From: Limnochordia bacterium
Lineage (GTDB): Bacteria; Bacillota; Limnochordia; DTU080
Length of the DNA: 64,000 nucleotides
Direction: 5' to 3'
Assembly (NCBI GenBank): GCA_050951545.1
Contig: JBMNJG010000003.1
Coordinates: 32,001-96,000, forward strand
Below the pieces are notes generated by a model, which was not told the origin of the DNA, searched no databases, and was given only the letters and a program-made list of their open reading frames with translations. Positions 10,029 through 20,010 of this stretch are shown piece by piece. The translations under genes were made by a program, and so were the position numbers. Within the stretch, counting starts at the first letter, position 1; each line of letters opens with the position of its first letter.

Positions 10029-12662
10029 TTAGCGCGGGCTGTCGATATTCGCCTGCGCTGCGGCCAACTTGGCAATGGGCACCCGGAATGGCGAACAGCT
10101 TACGTAGTTCAGACCCGCCCTGTGGCAGAAATCTACCGAAGTCGGATCCCCACCATGCTCACCACAGATGCCGATCTTCAGATCAGGCCGCGTCTTGCGC
10201 CCTCTCTGCACACCGAGCTCTACCAGCTGACCGATACCCTCTTCATCGATAACCTGGAATGGATCCTTCTCGACGATGCCATTCTCGGTATAGAAGGGTA
10301 GGAAGGTAGTGGCATCATCGCGGCTGAAGCCGCAACCCATCTGAGTAAGGTCGTTGGTACCGAAAGAGAAGAACTCCGCTTCTTCGGCAATCTTGTCAGC
10401 GACCAAGACCGCTCGGGGTACTTCAACCATAGTCCCAACGGTATAGCCGACCTTGACACCAGTCTCTGCCATCACCTTTTCGCCGACTGCTACGACCTCG
10501 GCCTTGAGCCTGTTGAACTCGTCCTGGAAACCAACGAGCGGAATCATGATCTCAGGAAAGACCTTGACGCCCTCTTTTGTCAACTGGCAAGCAGCCTGGA
10601 AGATCGCCTCGGCCTGCATGCGGTAGATCTCCGGATAGGTGACGCCCAGGCGGCAGCCCCGGTGACCAAGCATCGGGTTGAACTCCCGCAAGCTCGCCAC
10701 GCGGTCTTTGACCGTCTGCAAGGAGACCCCCATGACCTTAGCCAACTCAGCCTGCGCATCCTCCTCATGCGGCACAAACTCGTGCAACGGCGGATCCAGC
10801 AAGCGAATGGTAACAGGCAGATCATGCATAGCCTTAAGGATTCCGTAGAAGTCATCTCTCTGCATTGGTAACAGCTTTGCCAGAGCCTTCTCGCGCCCCT
10901 CAGCATCGGCGGCCAAGATCATCTCACGTACAGGCAGGACTCGACCCTCGCCAAAGAACATATGCTCCGTGCGGCACAGGCCAATGCCCTCAGCCCCGAA
11001 GTTTCTGGCGACTTCTGCGTCGTGTGGCGTGTCAGCGTTAGTGCGTATGCCCAGCGCCCGGAACTCATCCGCCCACTCCATTAGCTGCCCTAGCTCACCT
11101 GACACTTCCGGTTCTACAAGCTCAACCTTGCCGATAGTCACTTCACCCGTGGTACCATTGAGAGTAATCCAATCGCCCTCGTTGAGACGCTGGTCGCCAA
11201 TCTGCATATAGCGCTGAGCTTCATAGATACGAGCGTCACCACATCCAGCGACGCAGCACTTACCCATACCGCGCGCTACAACCGCTGCGTGGGAGGTCAT
11301 TCCACCACGAGAGGTGAGAATCCCCTGTGCTACGTGCATACCACCGATGTCTTCCGGAGAGGTCTCGGACCGAACAAGAATAACCGCATGTCCCTTCTCA
11401 GTCCAGGCCTCAGCATCCGCAGCAGTAAAGACCACTTGTCCTACCGCTGCCCCAGGGGAGGCTGGCAATCCTTTGGCAGCTACTGCCACCTTGGCTTTCG
11501 GGTCGATCATGGGATGCAAGAGATGGTCAAGCTGCCCCGGAGGTACACGCTTCACCGCCGTCTTTTTGTCGATCAGACCCTCGGCGACCATCTCCACGGC
11601 GATACGCACGGCAGCCTGAGCCGTCCGCTTGCCCGCACGGGTCTGCAACATATAGAGCGTACCATCTTGGATGGTAAACTCGACATCCTGCATCTCCCGG
11701 TAGTGCTCCTCGAGCTTATGGTAGATGTCTACGAGCTCAGCGTATACATCGGGCATCGTCTTCTCAAGCTGAGCGATAGGCAAGGGAGTGCGAATACCCG
11801 CAACCACGTCTTCGCCCTGGGCATTCATCAGGTACTCACCATAGAAGATGTTCTCGCCTGTGGCAGGGTCGCGCGTAAACGCTACGCCGGTTCCGGACGT
11901 CTCACCCATGTTACCGAAGACCATGGCCTGCACATTTACCGCGGTACCCCAATCGCCTGGAATGTCGTTGATCTGCCGATAGCGTTCAGCTCTCGGATTG
12001 TACCAGGAATCGAAAACAGCGTTGATTGCGCCCTTCAACTGCTCCCACGGATCTTCAGGGAAGGGTTTGCCTGTCTTTTCGGCAACGAGGGCTTTGAACT
12101 GCCCCACCAAGAGCTTCCAGTCATCAGCCGTGAGTTCAGTGTCGAGTTTGACGCCTTTCTTAGCTTTCTGAGCCTCGATCAGAGCCTCGAAATCGGCGTG
12201 CTCGACACCGAGGACTACGTCCGAGTACATCTGTACGAAGCGACGGTAGCTGTCGTATACGAACCGGGGATTACTCGTAGCCTCGACCAATCCCTTAGCC
12301 GTAACGTCGTTGAGGCCGAGGTTGAGTACCGTATCCATCATCCCGGGCATGGACACGCGCGCTCCGGAGCGGATACCAAACAGAAGGGGGTTGTGTGGGT
12401 CGTTAAACTTTGAGCCCATGGCCGCCTCGACCTTGGCTAAGTTCTCCCGCACCTGTTCTGCCAGTCCCTCAGGCCACTTGTTTCTGTTGTTGTAGTACTC
12501 AATGCAGACCTCAGTTGTGATCGTGAAACCAGCAGGAACCCGGATACCGAGTGAAGCCATTTCGGCTAGATTGGCACCCTTGCCTCCCAACAGGTTTCGC
12601 ATCTGGGCCCTACCTTCGGAATCGCCACCACCGAAGAAGTAGACCATCTTCTTTACGCTCAT
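10029..12662 (-). CDS. ppdK: Pyruvate, phosphate dikinase
   Basis: LGGKGANLAEM, GGMTSHAAVVARG phospho-His motif, EFFSFGTNDLTQ and GICGEHGG; ATG at 12662 after GGAGG. Confidence 0.98.
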   Translation of the reverse strand: MSVKKMVYFFGGGDSEGRAQMRNLLGGKGANLAEMASLGIRVPAGFTITTEVCIEYYNNRNKWPEGLAEQVRENLAKVEAAMGSKFNDPHNPLLFGIRSGARVSMPGMMDTVLNLGLNDVTAKGLVEATSNPRFVYDSYRRFVQMYSDVVLGVEHADFEALIEAQKAKKGVKLDTELTADDWKLLVGQFKALVAEKTGKPFPEDPWEQLKGAINAVFDSWYNPRAERYRQINDIPGDWGTAVNVQAMVFGNMGETSGTGVAFTRDPATGENIFYGEYLMNAQGEDVVAGIRTPLPIAQLEKTMPDVYAELVDIYHKLEEHYREMQDVEFTIQDGTLYMLQTRAGKRTAQAAVRIAVEMVAEGLIDKKTAVKRVPPGQLDHLLHPMIDPKAKVAVAAKGLPASPGAAVGQVVFTAADAEAWTEKGHAVILVRSETSPEDIGGMHVAQGILTSRGGMTSHAAVVARGMGKCCVAGCGDARIYEAQRYMQIGDQRLNEGDWITLNGTTGEVTIGKVELVEPEVSGELGQLMEWADEFRALGIRTNADTPHDAEVARNFGAEGIGLCRTEHMFFGEGRVLPVREMILAADAEGREKALAKLLPMQRDDFYGILKAMHDLPVTIRLLDPPLHEFVPHEEDAQAELAKVMGVSLQTVKDRVASLREFNPMLGHRGCRLGVTYPEIYRMQAEAIFQAACQLTKEGVKVFPEIMIPLVGFQDEFNRLKAEVVAVGEKVMAETGVKVGYTVGTMVEVPRAVLVADKIAEEAEFFSFGTNDLTQMGCGFSRDDATTFLPFYTENGIVEKDPFQVIDEEGIGQLVELGVQRGRKTRPDLKIGICGEHGGDPTSVDFCHRAGLNYVSCSPFRVPIAKLAAAQANIDSPR

Positions 12663-12992
12663 GTACACAGCCTCCCCTTCTACTCCAGCAGCGCTACTGG
12701 CGCTGCGCAGGTCATCCCGTGTCTCGTATGCTCTCGCGCTCTACGCCTCGACCCGTTTTTCACAGACCGAAGCGCGACTACCATCACCCTTGAGGGACTA
12801 CATTTGCCCCAGGTGGGCCTATTACACCCCCATACTGTTCTGCATGCCGGAGCATACTTCCTGCCGAGGAAGATCTTTTTCGTCGATTTCTCTGTCAATT
12901 TTTCGTTACAGACGCCTCCCCAAGTGGACCAGCGAACACCTACCGCAGCTGCCTCGACGCCCGCACCGGATGTTGTCCGGCCCGGCTGGCGT

Positions 12993-13436
12993 TCAACACT
13001 CTTGCGGCCCCTCATGACCATCGAAACTCACCACGGTAGGCGCTTCGTCGTCACGCTCAATCTCGATGCTGCAACGCCCCAATAGACAAGCAGCACTGCC
13101 CAGCAGGGCCAGATGGGGTGAGACCACAGCTCCGACAACCCCGGCAGTCACAGGAAGCTCTGCCAGAGTCCGACCGTCCCTTTTAATCCGTACCTTGGTG
13201 ACATTTCCCCGTTTAACCAACTCCTTGATCTTCGCAGCCAACTCGTGCCCCTTGGCCTCAAAGACCTCCCACTGAGCAGTGCGTGTGCCCTGCGCCTGGC
13301 TACGCTGTTCATGAAGAATCAAAGCCCCAAGCACATCGCCTTCAGCCTCATCAAGCAAGGCAGCCGCTTCGGCATATGATAAACCTGTACGTTCCCGGAT
13401 CATCTCGACCTTCGTCAAACGATCTGCGCTCTCCAC
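12993..13436 (-). CDS. DUF4342 domain protein with N-terminal UBA-like helical segment
   Basis: IRERTGLSYAEA...KIKELVKRGNVTKVRIK...LPVTAGVVG; usual position after recO; GTG start after GGGGAGG. Confidence 0.85.
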   Translation of the reverse strand: MESADRLTKVEMIRERTGLSYAEAAALLDEAEGDVLGALILHEQRSQAQGTRTAQWEVFEAKGHELAAKIKELVKRGNVTKVRIKRDGRTLAELPVTAGVVGAVVSPHLALLGSAACLLGRCSIEIERDDEAPTVVSFDGHEGPQEC

Positions 13437-13442
13437 TTTGCT

Positions 13443-13502
13443 CCTCCCCAATGAATCGTGTTGCGCGGTGCTGGTATGTCCGCGGCCAACCACGCGTACT
13501 CC
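13443..13502 (-). repeat. Unnamed leader element, copy C (upstream of the DUF4342 gene)
   Basis: GGAGTACGCGTG...GACATACCAGCACCGCGCAACACGATTCATTGGGGAGG; about 43/62 identical to the copy at 35506 by hand alignment. Confidence 0.65.
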
Positions 13503-13524
13503 CCGGAACTGGCTTTTTCCCGCC

Positions 13525-14295
13525 TCAGCCATTCATGGCCTGAATAGACTGCAGGAAACTCCAAGCCTCCAACCTTGTCTCCAGTCGGTACTCCAATCCC
13601 TCCAGCAATAGGCTCTCCAACGAGGCGTTTTCTGCTTCTCCCAGGCGAAAAGTGACCAGACGTGAAGACGCTATCTCCAAGAGAAACCGCATCGATTGCC
13701 ATACAGCCCCACTTATGGATAGCGCACGGGGATCCATATGCGCACACGACTGGCACAGTAGACCGCCCTCGGCTGTGCTAAACAGCAGCGATGCCTGCTT
13801 ACCTACAGCAAACGGGCGGCGACAATGCACGCACGCCTCGAGTTCTGGTCGATACCCCATTACATCAAGGGTGTGCAACTCGAACCATCTCGATACTAAT
13901 GATGGGGCGATTTCGCCGCTCTCAAGTAGGCTCAGGGCCTGCAGAATGATCTCAAGCATGTTTTCCGCGGGCTGTTCCTCAGGCAGTGCAATATGTACGA
14001 TCTCGGTGAAATGTGCCGCATAGGCCATAAGCAGAAGATCCTCGCGCAACCTACGAAACGGTTGGGTTATCTCACCTTGGCTCAACGTATGCAGGCCTCG
14101 CCTATTCAGGAAAAGCAGGAAATCACCATGGGTGAAAGGCTGGGCAAGAGCCAGCAACCTGCTTCGCACGCGGCGCGCCCCCCGAGCCACCGCATCCATC
14201 TTGCCCCGTTCTCGCGTCAAAAGCGTCACGATCTTGTCGGCTTCACCTAGATCGCGGGCGCGCAAGACGAGCCCCTCCAACCTATGCAAAGACAC
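13525..14295 (-). CDS. recO: DNA repair protein RecO
   Basis: GEADKIVTLLT..GK..AVARGAR; CxxC...CxxC zinc finger. Confidence 0.95.
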   Translation of the reverse strand: MSLHRLEGLVLRARDLGEADKIVTLLTRERGKMDAVARGARRVRSRLLALAQPFTHGDFLLFLNRRGLHTLSQGEITQPFRRLREDLLLMAYAAHFTEIVHIALPEEQPAENMLEIILQALSLLESGEIAPSLVSRWFELHTLDVMGYRPELEACVHCRRPFAVGKQASLLFSTAEGGLLCQSCAHMDPRALSISGAVWQSMRFLLEIASSRLVTFRLGEAENASLESLLLEGLEYRLETRLEAWSFLQSIQAMNG

Positions 14296-14318
14296 AGACT
14301 AGCCCCCAAGTAGCTCAT

Positions 14319-14540
14319 TTACCTCCGAAACAAACGCAGCAAGAGGGAGAGAATTACACTTATCAGCAGGCTGCTGGCGAGTGGCAAGTAGAGAGAGAAG
14401 CTCTCCTTACGGATCACGAAATCACCGGGAAGACGGCCTAAGGGAAGGGACTTACCGCCGAACATCAACAAGAGCCCAATCACGACCAGCAGGGCTCCCG
14501 TCGTCACCAGTAGACGTCCCATTGCTGACACATCACCCAT
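14319..14540 (-). CDS. DUF2905 family small membrane protein
   Basis: LGRLPGDF...[16 protein letters not shown]; follows ruvB; ATG at 14540 after GAGGAG. Confidence 0.88.
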   Translation of the reverse strand: MGDVSAMGRLLVTTGALLVVIGLLLMFGGKSLPLGRLPGDFVIRKESFSLYLPLASSLLISVILSLLLRLFRR

Positions 14541-15585
14541 CGTGCTCCTCCTCGGATGCGAAAAGATTGCCTTGGCCGTACTCTCTGGGTGGCTCAGCGC
14601 CGAAATAGCGATACCCGAGATCGGTAAGCAGACGCCCACGTGGGGTACGCTGCAATAACCCAAGCTGCATGAGGTACGGCTCATACACATCCTCTATCGT
14701 GCCCACTTCTTCTGCCGTGGCAGCAGCCAGAGTTTCTACGCCTACTGGTCCGCCACCGAACATCTCCATGATGGTCAGCAAGAGCCGCCGATCTGTCTTG
14801 TCAAGGCCCTGCTCATCGATGTCATAAAGCTGCAGAGCCCGTTGGGCCACGTCGCGGGAAATGCGGCCATCCCCTCTGACTTCTGCGTAATCGCGCACTC
14901 GTCGCAGCAGTCGGTTGGCAATGCGCGGAGTGCCGCGCGCCCTTCCGGCGATCTCATTGACTCCTCCGGCATCCACCTGAACGTTCATCACGCGGGCGGA
15001 TCGCTCCACGATGGCTGCGAGTTCAGCGGTCGTGTAAAACTCGAGCCGCTCGATTACCCCGAATCGGTCTCGCAGCGGCGAGGTTAACATGCCAGCTCTC
15101 GTCGTCGCCCCAACTAGGGTGAAGCGAGGCAGATCCAGACGTAGACTGCGCGCACCGGGACCCTTACCCAGAACGATATCGACGGCAAAGTCCTCCATTG
15201 CCGGGTACAGCACCTCTTCGATAGTGCGATTCAGTCGGTGGATCTCATCGACGAAAAGAACATCACCCGCCGTCAGATTAGTCAGAATCGCTACGAGATC
15301 GCCCTGCCGCTCGATGGCAGGACCTGATGTCATCCGCATTTGAACGCCCATCTCGTTGGCCAGTATGTTCGCCAAGGTAGTCTTGCCTAGTCCAGGCGGC
15401 CCATAAAGAAGCACGTGATCGAGTGCTTCGCGCCGATTACTAGCGGCCTGAACAAAGATTGACAGCTTCTCTTTCAGTCGCTCCTGCCCTATGTACTCGG
15501 CAAAAGAGCGGGGGCGCAATGAAAGATCGTACTCATTATCATCGTCTCGCCGTGTTGGGCCGACCAGACGCTCCCCTTGTTCCAT
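14533..15585 (-). CDS. ruvB: Holliday junction branch migration helicase RuvB
   Basis: [27 protein letters not shown] and GATTRAG motifs; start approximate. Confidence 0.97.
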   Translation of the reverse strand: MEQGERLVGPTRRDDDNEYDLSLRPRSFAEYIGQERLKEKLSIFVQAASNRREALDHVLLYGPPGLGKTTLANILANEMGVQMRMTSGPAIERQGDLVAILTNLTAGDVLFVDEIHRLNRTIEEVLYPAMEDFAVDIVLGKGPGARSLRLDLPRFTLVGATTRAGMLTSPLRDRFGVIERLEFYTTAELAAIVERSARVMNVQVDAGGVNEIAGRARGTPRIANRLLRRVRDYAEVRGDGRISRDVAQRALQLYDIDEQGLDKTDRRLLLTIMEMFGGGPVGVETLAAATAEEVGTIEDVYEPYLMQLGLLQRTPRGRLLTDLGYRYFGAEPPREYGQGNLFASEEEHDG

Positions 15586-15708
15586 GCCTGGCAGGAAGCC
15601 TCCTTTGAGAATCCTTCTACGCTGCGGCATCGGCATGAGCGCCCTTCATTTTCATAGCTCGTGGCGGGCCGCCAACACGCCTCAGAACCCAACTATGCAA
15701 TTCGTCCG

Positions 15709-16332
15709 CTATGCTGACGATACCAGTAGGCCGAGGGCTGCGCGTAGCAAGGCGGAGGCGTTCGCACTATCATCGCCCTGAGGCTGTTGCCGCGTCAGTG
15801 CCTGGGCTACTGCCCGCTCTGCCTCCGATCTGCTGTATCCCAGCGAAACCAACGCTTCCACAGCATCCTGTGCTGGTCTCGAATCTCCGAGCATTACCGA
15901 GGTTACAGGCGTCGGCGTCATGAGATCATCCACCTTGAGCTTATCGCTAAGCTCAAGGAAAAGACGCTCAGCTGTCTTCTTTCCAACACCGGGAATCTGA
16001 GTCAGTGCCTTTAGGTCGCGGGTTACCACTACTCGTGCCAGATCCGAAGGAGAGAGCCCTGACAACACAGCCATCGCCAATCGAGGCCCCACTCCACTGA
16101 CGCTGATCAGCAACTGAAATGTCTCTTTCTCAGAAGCAGTGGCGAAGCCATACAGAAGCAAGGCTTCTTCACGCACGTGAGTGAAGACATACAAAGAGAC
16201 CTCCGTGCCTACTGAAGGCAACATGGCTAGTGTCGCTTGGGAGACAAACAAGCGAAAACCGACACCACCCGCATCAAGGATGATGTAGTCAGCATGCATG
16301 TCATGGAGCACACCCCGCAAGCGGGCTATCAC
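15709..16332 (-). CDS. ruvA: Holliday junction binding protein RuvA
   Basis: MIARLRG, HVREEALLLYGF, VSGVGPRLA and IPGVGKKTAER. Confidence 0.97.
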   Translation of the reverse strand: MIARLRGVLHDMHADYIILDAGGVGFRLFVSQATLAMLPSVGTEVSLYVFTHVREEALLLYGFATASEKETFQLLISVSGVGPRLAMAVLSGLSPSDLARVVVTRDLKALTQIPGVGKKTAERLFLELSDKLKVDDLMTPTPVTSVMLGDSRPAQDAVEALVSLGYSRSEAERAVAQALTRQQPQGDDSANASALLRAALGLLVSSA

Positions 16333-16350
16333 GAATCCCTCGCCTCCCAG

Positions 16351-16857
16351 CTACTGGTTACCGTCTCGCACAAGCCGCAGTAGCCCACTTTCAGCATGAA
16401 AAGCATGGCACAGAGCCACCGCCAGGGCGTCAGACACATCATCAGGCTTGGGCACTTGGCCCAAGCCGAGCAGGGTGCGCACCATATAGCCTACCTGGCT
16501 CTTCTCAGCTCGTCCGTGCCCTGTGAGAGCCTGTTTGACCTGCAAAGGCGTATACTCATCGACTGGTAGGTTCTGTTTGGCCAGACACAGAAGTGCCACG
16601 CCTCGCGCCTGGCCTACTGCCAGAGCAGACGTGACATTCCTATTGAAAAACAGCTGCTCCACGGCGGCCATGTCGGGACGAAACTCTGCGGTAAGCTCCA
16701 AAATGGCATCGTACAAGATGACGAGCCGCTCTGAGTGAGTCATCCGAGCCTCGGTGGCGATTTTTCCGTAAGCAGCGGCCTCGTACTCCCCCTTATTTGC
16801 CGCGACGATACCATACCCGGTTATCGCCAGCCCGGGATCCAAGCCTAGAATCAACAC
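16351..16857 (-). CDS. ruvC: Holliday junction resolvase RuvC
   Basis: ILGLDPG, EQLFFNRN, EYTPLQVK and PDDVSDALAVA; GTG start near 16857. Confidence 0.96.
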   Translation of the reverse strand: MLILGLDPGLAITGYGIVAANKGEYEAAAYGKIATEARMTHSERLVILYDAILELTAEFRPDMAAVEQLFFNRNVTSALAVGQARGVALLCLAKQNLPVDEYTPLQVKQALTGHGRAEKSQVGYMVRTLLGLGQVPKPDDVSDALAVALCHAFHAESGLLRLVRDGNQ

Positions 16858-16948
16858 CGCTACACTACCTCCTGGCGACCACCTGGTTCCCTGACAGCTT
16901 CGGCCCAGAACAGTATTTCCCTGCGCCAACCCATCCTTTAGTCTTAGC

Positions 16949-17467
16949 CTAGTCGCCCATAAGCCCATCGATGAGCTGCTGCCGCTCGTCTTCGTCTGCA
17001 AACGGGATCCCCGCCTTCAGACGCTCTCGCTCGCTTGGGCGAATGCTCTCCACGGGGATATCGGTCATCCCACGTAGCACACTGCATTCCCCGGGCTGTC
17101 CATCAAAAATGGCTACCCTGCTATCCCTCTCTCCAAGATAGCCACCTTTGGGCGAAGGAGCACAGCGGACTTCAGCAACAATCTCGTCGGCAGTGAAACG
17201 GACCACACTCCAGGACGGTTGGCGTCGATGCACGTCGACAAGCGTCGCCCCGACCAATTCGACGGGCACTGGGCTGCTCGCTTCAGCTCCTCTTCGACCG
17301 TCATCAAGAATGTAACGCAGGGTCATCCGCGCCCCCGAAATCAGGCGCTCTTCGCTGACAGTTGCGAAACCGCGATCGGGCAACAGGCGAGCATAGGTGA
17401 AGGCAAAGCTGCCCGCAAAAAGCAGGATTCCCAGGCCTAACCAGATCCAGCCACTCACGCGCCGCAT
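16949..17467 (-). CDS. bofC: BofC C-terminal domain protein (sporulation)
   Basis: N-terminal TM; GYLGERDSRVAIFDG...IPVESI...LKAGIP; located upstream of the ruv genes as in other spore formers. Confidence 0.7.
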   Translation of the reverse strand: MRRVSGWIWLGLGILLFAGSFAFTYARLLPDRGFATVSEERLISGARMTLRYILDDGRRGAEASSPVPVELVGATLVDVHRRQPSWSVVRFTADEIVAEVRCAPSPKGGYLGERDSRVAIFDGQPGECSVLRGMTDIPVESIRPSERERLKAGIPFADEDERQQLIDGLMGD

Positions 17468-17579
17468 AGTTCACCCCCGATCTCCGGCCCTTGTGTTAAC
17501 AGGGCTCCTGCCCGTAGCATCTCCAAAATGGAGCAAACATTGGCAGGAAAGAGATCCGAAGTTCCTTGCAGCGTGTAGC

Positions 17580-18344
17580 CTAGTCTTGCGCCTGAAGTGC
17601 CTCCAACAGCTCCGACGTCAACTCAAGATTGGTGTAGACATTCTGCACGTCATCATTGGCTTCCAGCGCTTCAATCAGTTCGACGACTCGGCGAGCCTCG
17701 GACTCCTCAACAACCATCGTATTCTGCGGCCTCATGGTCAGCTCCGCAGAATCGATAGGTACTCCATCTCGTGCTAGGGCCTCTTTCATCGCGTTTAGGT
17801 CCTCAGGGGCACCGATAATCTCGAAGCCCGCATCGGTAGTAGCCACCATATCCTCGGCCCCGGCCTCAAGAGCGCTCATCATCAGTTCGTCTTCCCCTAG
17901 GGAAGTGCCGGCGTTGGCCACGCAGATGACAGCCTTGCGCTCAAACATCCAGCCCACGCATCCACTCTCACCGAGACTCCCGCCGTGACGAGAGAAAATG
18001 TATCGGATGTCACTTGCTGTGCGGTTGCGGTTGTCGGTAGCAATGTCAATAAGAAGCGCTACTCCCCCTGGCCCATATCCTTCGTACACAAACTCCTCGT
18101 AGGTAAGACTCTCCAGCTCTCCCGTACCCCGCTTGATGGCACGCTGGATGTTATCACTGGGCATATTGATGAGACGAGCTTCATCGATTGCCATCCGCAA
18201 GCGGAAGTTGACATCTGGGTCGCCCCCACCCTCACGCGCAGCCATGGTCAGCTGTCGGGCTACTTTCGTGAATGCCTTAGCTCGCCAGAAGTCCTCTTTT
18301 TCCTTTTTTCGCTTAATGTTAGACCACTTGGAGTGTCCAGCCAT
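17580..18344 (-). CDS. yebC: YebC/PmpR family protein
   Basis: MAGHSKWSNIK, YEGYGPGG, TDNRNRT and DDVQNVYTN. Confidence 0.96.
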   Translation of the reverse strand: MAGHSKWSNIKRKKEKEDFWRAKAFTKVARQLTMAAREGGGDPDVNFRLRMAIDEARLINMPSDNIQRAIKRGTGELESLTYEEFVYEGYGPGGVALLIDIATDNRNRTASDIRYIFSRHGGSLGESGCVGWMFERKAVICVANAGTSLGEDELMMSALEAGAEDMVATTDAGFEIIGAPEDLNAMKEALARDGVPIDSAELTMRPQNTMVVEESEARRVVELIEALEANDDVQNVYTNLELTSELLEALQAQD

Positions 18345-18383
18345 GCATACACCCCCCCTACCAGCTATCTCTTCATCTACATA

Positions 18384-18411
18384 AGTTTATCACGCAGGTA
18401 GCTGGTTGCAA
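18384..18411 (-). promoter_or_regulatory. Probable SigA promoter of yebC
   Basis: TTGCAA-16bp-TAAACT with extended -10 TG. Confidence 0.55.
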
Positions 18412-18421
18412 AGGTGCGATG

Positions 18422-19063
18422 CTATACCGAGGTGAGCTCCTTCATCTGCCGCAGCACATAGCGGTAGACTGCGTACACCAGTAACAGAGCAGGCAGTAGT
18501 GACAATGTACGGATAGTCACCAGAAAATCGTATAAAGCATGTAACACAGCAGCCAGTAAGAAACTCCTGAGCACAGCGAAAGAGTTGGCTGCCCCCATCC
18601 GATACAGACCAAGGTAGACCCCGAAAATACCTGCAAATGATGCATGGGCCAAGGATGTGATCACGGCGCGCACAAAGACCACCTGGCTGCCAAAAGCAAT
18701 GGTATACACAGCGTTTTCCACCACCGCGAAGCCCAGAGCTGCCGTAACTGCATACACAATGCCATCTTCGGGCTCATCGAAATGCCATGAGTAGAAGGCT
18801 ACCGCGAAGGCCGCCAGAAACTTGACCCCTTCTTCGATCAGACCGATCGCTAGCAGACCAACCAGTGAAGCTCCTTCGCCGACGAGTAAGGGTCGCAGTG
18901 GCCGCTCGAGCAAGGCTGCTGGTATGACGGCTAGCATCCCTGCTACGAATGCTCGTGCAAGCATGCCAAGAGGTTCACGACGACGATCACGACTGGCAAA
19001 AAACCACACCCACAAAATTCCAGGCAGAATCGAAACCACAGCGATAGACACAGCGTTCAGCAA
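18422..19063 (-). CDS. prsW: PrsW family intramembrane metalloprotease
   Basis: IEEGVK, FDEPEDGIVY, LGFAVVEN, HASF and HALYD motifs. Confidence 0.9.
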   Translation of the reverse strand: MLNAVSIAVVSILPGILWVWFFASRDRRREPLGMLARAFVAGMLAVIPAALLERPLRPLLVGEGASLVGLLAIGLIEEGVKFLAAFAVAFYSWHFDEPEDGIVYAVTAALGFAVVENAVYTIAFGSQVVFVRAVITSLAHASFAGIFGVYLGLYRMGAANSFAVLRSFLLAAVLHALYDFLVTIRTLSLLPALLLVYAVYRYVLRQMKELTSV

Positions 19064-19131
19064 CAGATGTGCCCCCCTGCAGCTGCCGCGGTCAGGCAGT
19101 GCCTGTGTGGTTTGCCCAAGGATCAGCCTTG

Positions 19132-19668
19132 CTAGCCAGCATGAGTGCTGTTAGATGACGCCCGTATGACCACAAGAAGGTAATCGAGCCCTGCCAGAAG
19201 CGAGAGTGCTGCTCCAGTATACAGGAGGAAACGAAGAGCAAAGAGATTCGCCAGACCAGCCACCAAGGCGGGGAATAACAGCAGAGAGGCTGCCTTGCCT
19301 AGAGGGCGAGCACTAACCACCTTGTGTTGAGACAGGAGCCAGGCACCTCCAACTATGAGGGCCAGCTCCTTTCCTAGCAGTAAGAGCACGATCCACAAGG
19401 GAGCGAAACCACTAGCAGCCACCAAAATGAGACCCGTGGCCTGCAGCAGCTTGTCTGCGACCGGATCAAGCCACTTGCCTGTCGTGCTTATCTCGCCTCG
19501 TCGGCGAGCCAGCCAACCGTCCAAGGCATCTGTCGCTGCGGCAAGGGCGAAGACGACAGCGGCCTGTCCGGGTGCGTGCGCGCAGTGAAGCCACACCACC
19601 GCAGGTATGAGCAGAAGGCGCAGTAGCGTTACGAGGTTGGCCAGCGTCACTTTCTTCCCTCCCCACAT
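19132..19668 (-). CDS. CDP-alcohol phosphatidyltransferase (PgsA-like)
   Basis: NLVTLLR and TDALDGWLARR...GKWLDPVADK. Confidence 0.9.
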   Translation of the reverse strand: MWGGKKVTLANLVTLLRLLLIPAVVWLHCAHAPGQAAVVFALAAATDALDGWLARRRGEISTTGKWLDPVADKLLQATGLILVAASGFAPLWIVLLLLGKELALIVGGAWLLSQHKVVSARPLGKAASLLLFPALVAGLANLFALRFLLYTGAALSLLAGLDYLLVVIRASSNSTHAG

Positions 19669-19729
19669 TGCCCCATCACTTCCATGGAGAACCTAGTGGC
19701 AGTCGTCCCAGATCCAGAAGAGGGGACTC

Positions 19730-19912
19730 CTACTTGAGTCCCCACATCTCCTCCATGTTTCGGAGGATCCTGTCCAGTCTTCGTGCCCGGGCCTCTAGAC
19801 TCCTGAACACCTTGCTATAGGTGTTACTGTATCCATAGGCGCAACGCAGAGTGTACAACCGATCTTCGACACGCTCATACTCACCACGTATGCGATCCAC
19901 ACTGACGACCAT
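19730..19912 (-). CDS. Hypothetical 60-aa protein
   Basis: GGAGG 8 nt before ATG; fills the intergenic gap on the majority strand; no family recognised. Confidence 0.6.
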   Translation of the reverse strand: MVVSVDRIRGEYERVEDRLYTLRCAYGYSNTYSKVFRSLEARARRLDRILRNMEEMWGLK

Positions 19913-20010
19913 GCATGCGCCCTCCCTCGGATTTAGGGTGCACAGGCTGGCCGCAGCATGATACAGTCAATCACAGGTATCGGTGGTTAGGATGCTCGCA
20001 GAGGCCATCA

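Noticed and set aside
11289-12413. 374-aa plus-strand ORF
   Set aside because: Lies wholly antisense to ppdK; a shadow ORF with no motifs or SD.
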